In this document: piece after piece, positions 40,054 to 49,313 of the stretch
Layout: each line of letters begins with the position of its first letter
Numbering within the stretch: position 1 is the first letter of the stretch
Assembly: GCA_040380025.1 (NCBI GenBank)
Contig: JBEIJY010000005.1
Coordinates: forward strand, 39,397-103,396
Length of the DNA stretch: 64,000 nt
Reading direction: 5' to 3'
Source: Bdellovibrionales bacterium
Lineage (GTDB): Bacteria > Bdellovibrionota > UBA1018 > CAIMNF01
The notes under the pieces: generated by a model
The model's database searches: none
What the model saw: only the letters and a program-made list of their open reading frames with translations
What the model was told of the DNA's origin: nothing
Translations under genes and position numbers: made by a program

Positions 40054-40864
40054 AAGCGTTGTTCATGATCTCGCCGAAACCGCCGCCTCCGGGAACAATG
40101 TATTGCTCCCCGTTCAGGCCGCGCTCCTCATTCCAGCGGGTGCCGGGAATGGTGTTCAGGACTTCCTCCGAGGAAAGCCCGCGGTCGAGTCTCAGGGCAT
40201 ACACGATCAGCTCGGGATGCGCCCGCGTCACTTTTTTGAGGTATTCCGGGGTCACGATGCAGTGGAGGGCGATCCATTTTTTCGGTGTTCCGCGATCGCG
40301 ATACAAATCGAGCGTCTCGACCACGGTGGAGCCGGTCGCTCCCATCGGATCCGGAATCAGCACGATGGAATCCTTGATCGGACCCCCGATTTTATGGCCC
40401 GAAACGAGGCTTCCGGTGACCTGATGGGAGGCATCGTTCTGGCGGGCGATGCTGATGTGATCCTGCCGGACATTCTTCGGGTCGAGCAGGTAGTTCAAGG
40501 TCTGGTAACAGATCATCGAGGGAAGGGTTCCCGCGCGCGCGAGATTGATCGTCACGGCGGAGGTTCCGGGGTCGACGATCGAGGTCTCGAATACCCCCTC
40601 TTCGTGCTTCGCGCTCATACGCGAAGAAATCACCGCGGGTTTTTGCGGGAACTCCCGATTGATCACAATCCTCACAAACGAGGTGTAGATTTGTGTCACA
40701 AGCTCGTTGATCCAGGGCTGTGTCGTCTCGATCGAGCAAAGGCGGGCAAGCGCGGTGTGCAGAAACGGGTCCGAAAGCAGATGCACATTGGGCCCGTAGC
40801 GGTGCTCGCGCTCGGAGAGCAAAAAGGGAAGATGAAGATGCTCGCAATCCTTACGCGGTTTCAT
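40046..40864 (-). CDS. upp: Uracil phosphoribosyltransferase, divergent
   Basis: LARAG, DPMGATGST PRPP loop, LNGEQYIVPG; salvage-operon context. Confidence 0.75.
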   Translation of the reverse strand: MKPRKDCEHLHLPFLLSEREHRYGPNVHLLSDPFLHTALARLCSIETTQPWINELVTQIYTSFVRIVINREFPQKPAVISSRMSAKHEEGVFETSIVDPGTSAVTINLARAGTLPSMICYQTLNYLLDPKNVRQDHISIARQNDASHQVTGSLVSGHKIGGPIKDSIVLIPDPMGATGSTVVETLDLYRDRGTPKKWIALHCIVTPEYLKKVTRAHPELIVYALRLDRGLSSEEVLNTIPGTRWNEERGLNGEQYIVPGGGGFGEIMNNAYV

Positions 40865-41510
40865 TTCTCTCGCTTGCGATTTGGGTCTTGTTCTTCGGAA
40901 ACAACCCCGGTTGGGCCGAGGTGATCGCGTTCGGTTCGTGACAGAAGCGGCATCGGGCCTCGTAGTAGTCGAGCGCTCCGACCAAAACCTGGTCATGGGT
41001 ATTCGAGTCATCCGGAAGCACGGCTTCTCCGATCACGCGCTGGGACCGGGTTGCCGGTTCGCCACAGACCACGCATACCGCCGAAAGCTTGGTGACCTGC
41101 TCCGCGATCGCAAGCAGGGTCGGCATCGGTCCGAAGGGAAGACCCTTGAAGTCCATGTCGAGTCCGGCGCAGATCACGCGCGTGCCGCGGTAGGCGAGTT
41201 TTTGCGCGACCTCGATGATGCCATCATCGAAGAACTGCACCTCGTCGATTCCGACGACGCGGGTGTTGTCTTCGACCTTTTCCAAAAGCTCGGCCGACGA
41301 CTGCACGGGGGTCGAGAGGATGCGATTTGCGTCATGGCTCTGCACATGATCGACACTGTAGCGTTGGTCGATCACGGGCTTGAAGACTTGAATCTTCTGC
41401 CGCGCATACTGGGCGCGCTTCAGCCGGCGCATGAGCTCTTCGGTCTTGCCGCTGAACATGCCGCCACACACCACTTCGATCTGACCCGGATGCGAAATTC
41501 CCATCACCAT
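40851..41510 (-). CDS. tdk: Thymidine kinase
   Basis: GGMFSGKTEEL, IDEVQFF, AGLDMDF, CVVCG, YEARCRFCH. Confidence 0.97.
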   Translation of the reverse strand: MVMGISHPGQIEVVCGGMFSGKTEELMRRLKRAQYARQKIQVFKPVIDQRYSVDHVQSHDANRILSTPVQSSAELLEKVEDNTRVVGIDEVQFFDDGIIEVAQKLAYRGTRVICAGLDMDFKGLPFGPMPTLLAIAEQVTKLSAVCVVCGEPATRSQRVIGEAVLPDDSNTHDQVLVGALDYYEARCRFCHEPNAITSAQPGLFPKNKTQIASERNETA

Positions 41511-41532
41511 GGCTGTTTCTCTCTGGTCCGGG

Positions 41533-42324
41533 TTAAAAGAAGAATCCGAACTTCAGCAAGGTGAACATCGGAAGAGGCATTTTTCCGAACTTGTCGGCCA
41601 TGTCCTCGATGTCGCCCTTGTTCTCGAGATACTCGGACGAGTTGATGATCGCAGGGTCGGTTTGGTCGGTCGAGAAGGTGGTCTGGCGGCTCATCGAAAG
41701 CTGGACACCGAGATCAAGCCCCATGAAAAACCCGAAGCCGCTCCCCCAGGTCCAACCGATGTGGGGCGCGAGAAAGGTGTTGTTTTGAGTCAACGAAATC
41801 GTGGTCGGAACGGTGACCGGGCCGTTTGTGATATCGACGACGGTCGAGGCGCCGAAATGCTGATTTCCGTACGCGACGCCCAAAAAGAAAGATCCCCGGA
41901 AGGGATACACCTTCAACCGCACATCCCAGCCGTCCACGCGGAGCTTCGCCTTGTCGATCTTCAGCTCCGGAAGCAGGCCGTAGTTAAAAGAGAACCCTAC
42001 CAAATCGAGGTATTTCGCCTCCAGACCGACCGAAAGCGGGCGGGGGAGCGAGATGATCGAGAACACTGGCCCGACGTACAGGCTCCGAGAGGATTCCGAA
42101 AAGGATAGCGGAGCAGTCTCGGTTACCGGAGCGGGCGCTGGCTCCGCACTCGCGGCGGGAGCCACGGGTTCAGCCGGTGCAACCGGTTCCACTGGCGTAG
42201 CCGGTTCCACTGGCGCCACTTCGGTTGCGGGGGAAACCTCTGCCGCCGGAGAAGCAGTCTCTTGCGCGCGCACCGTGCCGCTCGAAATCAAAATCATCAA
42301 TACAAAATAGAAAGTACGGGCCAT
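41533..42324 (-). CDS. Putative outer-membrane beta-barrel protein with Pro/Ala/Glu-rich N-terminal linker
   Basis: Signal peptide (VRA), APVEPA repeats (CCGGTTCCACTGGCG at 42183 and 42201), aromatic amphipathic strands, C-terminal Phe; AAGGAG RBS. Confidence 0.7.
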   Translation of the reverse strand: MARTFYFVLMILISSGTVRAQETASPAAEVSPATEVAPVEPATPVEPVAPAEPVAPAASAEPAPAPVTETAPLSFSESSRSLYVGPVFSIISLPRPLSVGLEAKYLDLVGFSFNYGLLPELKIDKAKLRVDGWDVRLKVYPFRGSFFLGVAYGNQHFGASTVVDITNGPVTVPTTISLTQNNTFLAPHIGWTWGSGFGFFMGLDLGVQLSMSRQTTFSTDQTDPAIINSSEYLENKGDIEDMADKFGKMPLPMFTLLKFGFFF

Positions 42325-42325
42325 G

Positions 42326-42353
42326 AGAGTGCTCCTTATGATTCGAGCACTCT
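42326..42353 (-). promoter_or_regulatory. 9-bp stem-loop overlapping the RBS of the OMP gene
   Basis: AGAGTGCTC (42326-34) / GAGCACTCT (42345-53), 10-nt loop. Confidence 0.5.
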
Positions 42354-42374
42354 ACCGCCCCGAGGCCGGATCGA

Positions 42375-43865
42375 TCAAGCTTTTGCGGGTTCGATTCTCG
42401 GAAACAACACCGGCGGGTCCGATAGCGCATAGTTCCGCGGCGAGAGATCGAGCTCGCCCGGTGCCATGCCCAGCGAATGCAGTGCTTTTGCGCCGGTTTC
42501 GGGCAAAAATGCGCTGAGCACCTGCGACACCACGTCGATTCCATAAAGTCCGTTGTAAATGACTTCGATGAATTTTTTGCGGCTCTCGGGCTGGTCATCC
42601 TTCAGCCCCCAAGGGGCCTGGTCATTGATGTATCCGTTCACGCGGTTTACTTCTGTCCAGAGCCGGTCGAGCGCGCGATGATGCTCTCGGCGGTTCATGT
42701 GCTCTTTCATTTCGTTCACGAACGGACCGAAATCGAAGGCCAGAGGAATCGCCTCGCACGGCACCGAATCGCCGATTCGTTTGCGGGCGAGTTTCACCAC
42801 GCGCATCAGGAGGTTTCCGTAGTCATTGCCGAGTTCGGACTGGTGGCGCTTCAAGAGGTCTTCAAACACGAACGCGCCGTCGCGGTTCGAGGGAATCGCC
42901 CGCAAAATGTAATATCGCATCGAATCGACCGGTACCTTGGTGATGACCTCCATCGGATCGACGCCGTTTCCGAGGCTTTTCGACATCTTTCGTCCGTCGG
43001 CCGCAAGCACCATTCCGTGCACGTACACCTGCTTCGGGAGCGGAAGCCCCGCCGCATGGAGCAGGACCGGCCAGATCACCGCATGGAACCACAGAATGTC
43101 GCGTCCGATGACATGAACATCATTGGGCCAGAATCCCTTCGGCTCCGAGGCGGTGTAATAGTTGATGAGCGCATCAAACCAGGTGTAGATCACATACTCG
43201 GGCCGGTCAGGCACCGGAATCCCCCAGCCCGCATTCGAGCGGGTGATCGAAAGATCCCGCATGGGCTCGCTCTCCAGACGCGAGAGGATCTCCTTCCGCG
43301 CCATCTCGGGATTCACAAAATCCGGATTCGAACGGATCTGCTGGATGATCCACTCCTGATAGCGGGAAGTCCTGAAGAAAAACCCTTTTTCGACCATGCG
43401 GTCGAGCGGTTTGTAATGGGCGGGACACTTTCCGTCGGGGGCCTGGAGCTCGGTGTAGTAGGCCTCGCAGTTGCCGCAATAAAGCCCTTCATACTCGCCG
43501 AAATAAATGTCGCCTTTCGATTCGAGCATCCGCCAGATTTTTTGGGTCGCCTCGAAATGCCTGGGCTCGGTGGTGCGGATGAACTCATCGTAAGAAATCC
43601 CGAGCTTCGAGCAGAGTTCATGGAACAGCACGCAGTTCTTGTCGACGAACTCCTTGGTCGAAAGCCCCTCGGATTCGGCGCTCTTCACCAGGTTTTGGCC
43701 GTTCTCGTCGGTGCCGGTCAAAAAATACACTTCATGGCCGGTCAGACGATACCAACGCGCATACGAGTCGGTGACGATCTTTTCGTAGGCGTGGCCCATG
43801 TGGGGCGCGCCGTTCGGATAATCAATCGCGGTCGTGATGCTGAATCGGGGCTTGGAGTTGGCCAT
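42375..43865 (-). CDS. metG: Methionine-tRNA ligase (short form, no C-terminal dimerisation domain)
   Basis: ITTAIDYPNGAPHMGH, TGTDENG, YTWFDALINY, GRDIL, KMSKS. Confidence 0.97.
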   Translation of the reverse strand: MANSKPRFSITTAIDYPNGAPHMGHAYEKIVTDSYARWYRLTGHEVYFLTGTDENGQNLVKSAESEGLSTKEFVDKNCVLFHELCSKLGISYDEFIRTTEPRHFEATQKIWRMLESKGDIYFGEYEGLYCGNCEAYYTELQAPDGKCPAHYKPLDRMVEKGFFFRTSRYQEWIIQQIRSNPDFVNPEMARKEILSRLESEPMRDLSITRSNAGWGIPVPDRPEYVIYTWFDALINYYTASEPKGFWPNDVHVIGRDILWFHAVIWPVLLHAAGLPLPKQVYVHGMVLAADGRKMSKSLGNGVDPMEVITKVPVDSMRYYILRAIPSNRDGAFVFEDLLKRHQSELGNDYGNLLMRVVKLARKRIGDSVPCEAIPLAFDFGPFVNEMKEHMNRREHHRALDRLWTEVNRVNGYINDQAPWGLKDDQPESRKKFIEVIYNGLYGIDVVSQVLSAFLPETGAKALHSLGMAPGELDLSPRNYALSDPPVLFPRIEPAKA

Positions 43866-43891
43866 AGCCCCTCACCGTAACAGACTTGGCG

Positions 43892-44602
43892 TCAGCCGAA
43901 AAGAGCGCTCAGGAACCCGGCGAAAACGAGGCCGAATGCGAACACGAGGCATCCGCATAAAAACAGGGTGATCAGCCAGGGGAACAGAATCACCCCGGCC
44001 GCACGGGTCCGGGAGATCCGGTATCGGGTTTCCAGCCCGGTCAGCAAGATCCAAAACGTGTAAATCCCGCCGATCAGGGTGCCGATGCCCGAGGGCAGGA
44101 ACCCCAGCACCGCCGCGACGAGGTTGGGAGCCACCGAGATCGCCGTCAGGCGAATCATTTGCGAGGACGAGGCGGGCTCCTGCCCGTCCGTAGAGCGTCC
44201 CGGCATCAAAAAAAGTGCCCCGAGCATCAGCACCAAGCCCCCCATCCAGAACTGAAACAGCGACTGGAAGGGACTGACTGCGATTCCGAGAAGCTCCATG
44301 ATCGTCGGAGAGGGCGCCACTGGCCCGAGCGATTCCCCCCCCTGCCGCCAGATCGAGTCGGGAATGTCCTTCCAGACGGGCAGGGTTTCGAGTCTTCCCC
44401 GGATTTTCAAAAAGGCATCGAGCAAGCTCTCGTGCTTCACAACCCGGGTCAGCCACATCAGCACTGCCGCAATCCAGTTCGAGAGCACCCCGAAGGCGAG
44501 CGCCTGCGAGAGCGACAGTTGCGGATACCGTTCTTCGAAGAACCGCCGGGGCTCGGTCAAAACCAGGACCAGATCGCGGAAGTATTGGCGGAAAAAGCTC
44601 AT
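43892..44602 (-). CDS. YIP1-like multi-pass membrane protein
   Basis: VLTEPRRFF motif and 5-6 hydrophobic segments; start overlaps the DUF4340 gene stop. Confidence 0.65.
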   Translation of the reverse strand: MSFFRQYFRDLVLVLTEPRRFFEERYPQLSLSQALAFGVLSNWIAAVLMWLTRVVKHESLLDAFLKIRGRLETLPVWKDIPDSIWRQGGESLGPVAPSPTIMELLGIAVSPFQSLFQFWMGGLVLMLGALFLMPGRSTDGQEPASSSQMIRLTAISVAPNLVAAVLGFLPSGIGTLIGGIYTFWILLTGLETRYRISRTRAAGVILFPWLITLFLCGCLVFAFGLVFAGFLSALFG

Positions 44603-46038
44603 TTCGGCATCTTCCACGAATCCGGACGGAATGGGAATGCGTTTTTCAGTCCGTCCTCGAGCAAAAAGGCCTCGTTCTTTTTCGAGAGCAGGTCTTTCGC
44701 GAAGGTCTGATTCCGCACCTCGTACACGAGGTAGCGATACACATCCTGCTTTTCTTTCGTGCCGAGGGTGATCGTCACCCCGTCATCGGGAATCTTCGGT
44801 GCGGGAGCGACAATGTCGGGACTGTGCGCGCCGGCCATGCGATCGAGCAATTCCGGGACTTTCCCCGCGTTCAGCCCGTCCGCGCCCGAGGTCTTGTTCC
44901 AGGTCTTTCCGTCGTAGGCGAACTCGACTGCGGGTTTGTGGTTCTTTCCTTCGAGCTTCAGATGCGTGATCGTCACTCTCTGCGAGGGGAGGATCAGCAG
45001 GTTTCTGCGAAGGTAGCTTGCGCTTTTGTCGAGGTTCACCAGAAGCCCCGATTCGACTTCGACCGCGGGCACCTTCAGGGCCGGGGACTTCAGGTACACG
45101 GTCTTCGCGGCACCCGGCATGTCACTCTTCGAAGCGGCCTTCGAAAGAAGCGTGAACTCCACGGCCGGTTTGTCCCCGATCCTGCCTTGGAACGAATACA
45201 CCGGATTTGCGCCCCGAAGCTCGCTTTCGGCAGGAAACTCCTTGGCCTCGGCCTGCGAGATGCTCGAGAGCAGGCTGTCGATCCGGTCATGATCGGCTTC
45301 CATCTGGTTGATCTGCCAGAGGCCCTCCACCCGTTTTCCCGAAACTGCTCCCTTCGATCCCTTGGCCGAGAACGCGTCGATGTCGGCGCGCTTGAACGAA
45401 AAAATGGTCTTGTCCCGGAAGTGCGTCAGGTTCTTTCCGAGCAGGCTCTCGCGGTACGGGTCCGCGACCAGGAACATGGTATTCGTGTTCAAAACACCGT
45501 TCTCGGCGTTTGCGACAAAAATCCGGTCGCCGATCGGATGCCGGTCCCCGAACCAAAGGGCATGCTTTTTTCCGTTCTCGAGCGTGATTTCAAGAAACGC
45601 GGCATCGGCGGCCGAGCGTTTCGCCTCGTCGAGGCCATACTCCTCGAGCAGTCGTTTGCGTTTTTCCTCGCTCTCTTCTGAAAGATCGAGCGTCTCGGTG
45701 CCCGAAAGGGTGGCGGCGCTGTTCAGAAAATCGCGGATTCGCGCCGCATCGCCCTTCAGGGGCTCAGGAGCCGTGATGGACCATTCGCCGGTCGAACCCA
45801 CATTGCAGGTCTTTGCGGCAAGACTCTCGCATTTCGCCTCGAGCGTGCCGCTCCGGGTGCTGACCCGGAACGAGGCGATCTGGGCCGAGTCGGTCTCGAA
45901 TGCGAGCGGCCGTTTCAGGGCGGCATCCTTCCGCTCTTTTTTCGGCTGATGCGAAAACTGGAGCCAGTAGGTGAAGCTCCCGAGAACAAACACGGTCAGA
46001 GACAGAAAAAACGCCGGTTTCCAGCTCGGATGATTCAT
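44599..46038 (-). CDS. DUF4340-domain protein
   Basis: N-terminal TM; WSITAP..KGD, YGLD, FRDKTIF repeats; follows a GldG-like gene. Confidence 0.75.
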   Translation of the reverse strand: MNHPSWKPAFFLSLTVFVLGSFTYWLQFSHQPKKERKDAALKRPLAFETDSAQIASFRVSTRSGTLEAKCESLAAKTCNVGSTGEWSITAPEPLKGDAARIRDFLNSAATLSGTETLDLSEESEEKRKRLLEEYGLDEAKRSAADAAFLEITLENGKKHALWFGDRHPIGDRIFVANAENGVLNTNTMFLVADPYRESLLGKNLTHFRDKTIFSFKRADIDAFSAKGSKGAVSGKRVEGLWQINQMEADHDRIDSLLSSISQAEAKEFPAESELRGANPVYSFQGRIGDKPAVEFTLLSKAASKSDMPGAAKTVYLKSPALKVPAVEVESGLLVNLDKSASYLRRNLLILPSQRVTITHLKLEGKNHKPAVEFAYDGKTWNKTSGADGLNAGKVPELLDRMAGAHSPDIVAPAPKIPDDGVTITLGTKEKQDVYRYLVYEVRNQTFAKDLLSKKNEAFLLEDGLKNAFPFRPDSWKMPK

Positions 46039-46050
46039 GGTTCGCCTCCC

Positions 46051-47439
46051 TTACAGTTTTTTGCGACGGACCCAGATCACGATTCCGAGCACCGCGATCG
46101 CGAGCGGAATGAGCACCACGCACAGCCAGAAGATCGCGACGCCCTGATTCTGCGTGAGCTCGATCTTGCCCGGGTCTTCTTCTTTGGCGCGGATCGAGAT
46201 CATGCTCTCGTCCTCGAGGGCCCAGCTGACGCTGTTCAAGAACAGGTCGAGGTTGCCGCCGAACCGCGAGAACTGATTGTTCGCGAACTGGCTCGAAGAA
46301 AACACCACCAGGCGGGTTTCGTGGGGGGCTTTCGAATCCTTCTTCTTGCCGTTCACCGCAAGAACGCCGTTCAGGGGACCCTTCAGGTCGGCGCCTTCGT
46401 TAAACTGCGCCATTCCTTTTGCAAGACCGGCAAGATCGGTCTCGGCGAAAGATTTCGGCGTGGAGCGGGCCACCCAGTCGATCTTGAATCCTTCCGGTGC
46501 GGGAGCGGCGGGATCGATCGGACGCGAGAACGGAAAGAAGCACTGGCTCGAGAAGTCCTTGCCGAGGGCCGTCTCTTTGTTGAAGGTCGCGAAGATCGGA
46601 ACCGACGCATCGACCCCGAGCATTTTCGACACAGGATCGATGATGAGCCCTTTTTTGGCCGTCACCCCGTAGCGGGCGAGGAGTTCCGTGAGCTCCGCGG
46701 TTTGATCGTCGGTGCCGGGCGAGGTTTCAAGCCCGACCAAAAGGCGGCCGCCCTCATCGAGGTAGTCCGAGAGCATCTTCACCTCGGCGGGAAACAGCGC
46801 CTTCACCGATCCGAGCATGACCACGGCCGAGCAATCGGCAGGAATCTTCGTCTCCTGCGGCAAAACGATCTCTTTCACGACATAGGACTGGTCTTCGAGT
46901 CCCTTTTTGGCGGTCGAAAACCCGCCCCCGGACGCATCCGAAAAGGGGATCTCTCCGTGTCCGGTCACTGCGCAAACCGTGGGCTTCGTGTCCTTGGCGA
47001 GTTTGATCAGCTCGTTCGTGATCTTCTCTTCGCTGATCTCCTCGAGTTTCGCGGTTTTTCCTTTGTGGGTCAGGACGAGCGTGTCCATCTTCCGGATCCC
47101 CGCGGCCTTCGTCCGCGTGGGTTCTTTGTTCGGATCGACCCATTCGAGCTTGAACTGGCCGGAGGCCTTTTTGTAGTTGTCGAAGATCGGCCGGTTCCGC
47201 TCGCGCGAGCCGAGGTCGCCGAAAAAGGTCGCCTCGACCGGCTCGGACAGGCCCTTCATGAGCTTCAGGGTCTGATCCGAAAGCGTGTGGATGCGGTTCC
47301 GGGTGAGGTCGAATTTCTTCGGATATTGTTTTCCGAGAAAATTCACCAGTCCCAGAATCGAGATCACCACCAAGGTGATGAAAACCGAATTCGCTCCGAA
47401 CGAGTATTTTCTGCTTTGATATTCTTTTTGAGAGTTCAT
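46051..47439 (-). CDS. GldG-family ABC transporter auxiliary component
   Basis: FDLTRNRIHTLSDQT, VDPNKEP, TGHGE, YLDEGG, GNLDLFLNSVSW, C-terminal TM then WVRRKK. Confidence 0.85.
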   Translation of the reverse strand: MNSQKEYQSRKYSFGANSVFITLVVISILGLVNFLGKQYPKKFDLTRNRIHTLSDQTLKLMKGLSEPVEATFFGDLGSRERNRPIFDNYKKASGQFKLEWVDPNKEPTRTKAAGIRKMDTLVLTHKGKTAKLEEISEEKITNELIKLAKDTKPTVCAVTGHGEIPFSDASGGGFSTAKKGLEDQSYVVKEIVLPQETKIPADCSAVVMLGSVKALFPAEVKMLSDYLDEGGRLLVGLETSPGTDDQTAELTELLARYGVTAKKGLIIDPVSKMLGVDASVPIFATFNKETALGKDFSSQCFFPFSRPIDPAAPAPEGFKIDWVARSTPKSFAETDLAGLAKGMAQFNEGADLKGPLNGVLAVNGKKKDSKAPHETRLVVFSSSQFANNQFSRFGGNLDLFLNSVSWALEDESMISIRAKEEDPGKIELTQNQGVAIFWLCVVLIPLAIAVLGIVIWVRRKKL

Positions 47440-47442
47440 GTC

Positions 47443-48219
47443 TTACCTCCAACGGTAGGAATCCAGCACCCGGTGGGTGAGGAAGAGTCCGAGGCCAATG
47501 AATGACAAGTAAAAAATCACATCCGCGCTATCGATGATCCCCTGGCTGAAGTTGCCGAAGTGCTGGATCAGCGAGAGATAATCGAGGACATCCGCCCAGA
47601 ACGAGCCCGCCGACTGCGATGCCCAGTTCACGAGCCAAAAAAACAACCCCGCCGCGAAGGTGAGCGCACCCGCCACGATCTGGTTCTCGGTCATGGCCGA
47701 GAACAGCACTCCGAGCGAGATGTAGCAGCTGGCAAGGAGCAAGGTTCCGGCATAGTTCGCGATCAGGGTTCCGGGATCCGGATTCCCGCACACAAGCAAG
47801 ATCACGGGATACACGGCCGTGAGTCCCAGCATCGTGAGCACCAGCAAAAACGCCGAGAGGAATTTTCCGAAGATGATCTCGAACAGGGTCAGGGGCGAGG
47901 TCATCAGAAGCTGGATCGTCTGGAGCTTTCGCTCCTCGGCGAAGAGCCGCATGGTGATGAACGGAATCAGGAACAGGAAGATCACGTTCATGTTCCCGTA
48001 CAAGGGGCGCAGAATGCCCTCGGTGATGCTCATCCCTTTGCCCATGCCGAACTGCTTGTATTGCAGGTTCTGCATGCTGAAGTGGGAGAGGTTGAAGAAG
48101 AACATCCACCCCATGATGACCAGAAACCCCGCGATCACGATGTAGGCGATCGGCGAGGTGAAGTAGCTCCGGAAATCACGGGAGGCGACGGTCCAGGCTT
48201 TTCTCAGGCTGAATTTCAT
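47443..48219 (-). CDS. ABC-2 type permease (GldF-like)
   Basis: SYFTSPIAY, ITMRLFAEERK, GKFL, TENQIVA. Confidence 0.88.
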   Translation of the reverse strand: MKFSLRKAWTVASRDFRSYFTSPIAYIVIAGFLVIMGWMFFFNLSHFSMQNLQYKQFGMGKGMSITEGILRPLYGNMNVIFLFLIPFITMRLFAEERKLQTIQLLMTSPLTLFEIIFGKFLSAFLLVLTMLGLTAVYPVILLVCGNPDPGTLIANYAGTLLLASCYISLGVLFSAMTENQIVAGALTFAAGLFFWLVNWASQSAGSFWADVLDYLSLIQHFGNFSQGIIDSADVIFYLSFIGLGLFLTHRVLDSYRWR

Positions 48220-49145
48220 GCGTTTGTCTCCTTGGTGGTGAGCTGGAGGAACACTTCCTCGAGGCTCAGCTTCTCGGCTGAGAACTCGAGAACGCCCATG
48301 TTCTCGCGGACCGCCGTCTCGACGAGTCGGTCGCGGAGCTCTTGTTGCTCGGGCAGGATCTCGATCTGGAGCCGGTCTCCCGCGGCCTGGACGTCCTTCA
48401 CGCCCGGGACCGCACGGAGGGCCTTGATTCCCGGTTCGTTCGGCGACCGTACGTTCATTTGGTACAGGAGCCCCTGGCGCATCCGGGTGGTCAGGCGTTC
48501 GATCGAGTCTTGTGCCACGATCTGGCCTTTATTGATGACGATGATTCGTTGGCAGGTGGCGGTCACCTCGGGAAGAATGTGCGAACTCAGAATCACCGTG
48601 TGCTGACCTGCGAGGCTCTTGATGAGCTCGCGGATTTCGATGATCTGGACCGGGTCAAGGCCCACGGTGGGTTCGTCCAGAATCAGCACCTTCGGGTCAT
48701 GCACCAGGGCTTGGGCCAGGCCCACCCGCTGGCGGTACCCTTTCGAGAGGTTTCCGATGATGCGATTTTTGACCTGGGTCAGACCGGTGCGCTGAATGGC
48801 CGAATCGACCGCGCTTTTGAGCTTCGCTTTCGGCACATCGTGAAGTCTCGCCGCGAACTTCAGATATTCCTCGACCACCATCTCGAGGTAAACGGGAGGA
48901 TTCTCGGGGAGGTACCCCGTGCTCCGTTTGACTTCGATCGACTGACGGAAGACATCAAAGCCGTTCACCTTCACGGTTCCCATGCTGGCCGGCATGAAGC
49001 CCGTCAGGATTTTCATCGTGGTCGATTTGCCGGCGCCGTTCGGTCCCAGGAATCCGACGACTTCTCCGGAATTCACCGTGAAGTTCAAATCCGAGACCGC
49101 GGTCCGCGGGCCATAGAACTTGGTTAAACCTGATACTTCAATCAT
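48216..49145 (-). CDS. ABC transporter ATP-binding protein (GldA-like)
   Basis: GPNGAGKST, LSKGYRQR, ILDEPT, SSH. Confidence 0.93.
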   Translation of the reverse strand: MIEVSGLTKFYGPRTAVSDLNFTVNSGEVVGFLGPNGAGKSTTMKILTGFMPASMGTVKVNGFDVFRQSIEVKRSTGYLPENPPVYLEMVVEEYLKFAARLHDVPKAKLKSAVDSAIQRTGLTQVKNRIIGNLSKGYRQRVGLAQALVHDPKVLILDEPTVGLDPVQIIEIRELIKSLAGQHTVILSSHILPEVTATCQRIIVINKGQIVAQDSIERLTTRMRQGLLYQMNVRSPNEPGIKALRAVPGVKDVQAAGDRLQIEILPEQQELRDRLVETAVRENMGVLEFSAEKLSLEEVFLQLTTKETNA

Positions 49146-49313
49146 GATCCGCCTCTCCTCAAGGTTGAATAGGATGTTTGAATAGCGATTTCAACAATCT
49201 ATGGTGTTTGATTCTTTCAATGATCCGCACCCAAGAATTGTCAAGATCCTTGCACACGATCCCTGATCATGCCACCCTGAAGCGGTCGATCCCGAAGAGG
49301 AGGGGCTGGAAGA

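Noticed and set aside
49146..49313. Possible riboswitch or sRNA in the divergent ABC intergenic region (TTGAATAG twice)
   Set aside because: No convincing stem or known aptamer motif; adequately explained as two divergent promoters.
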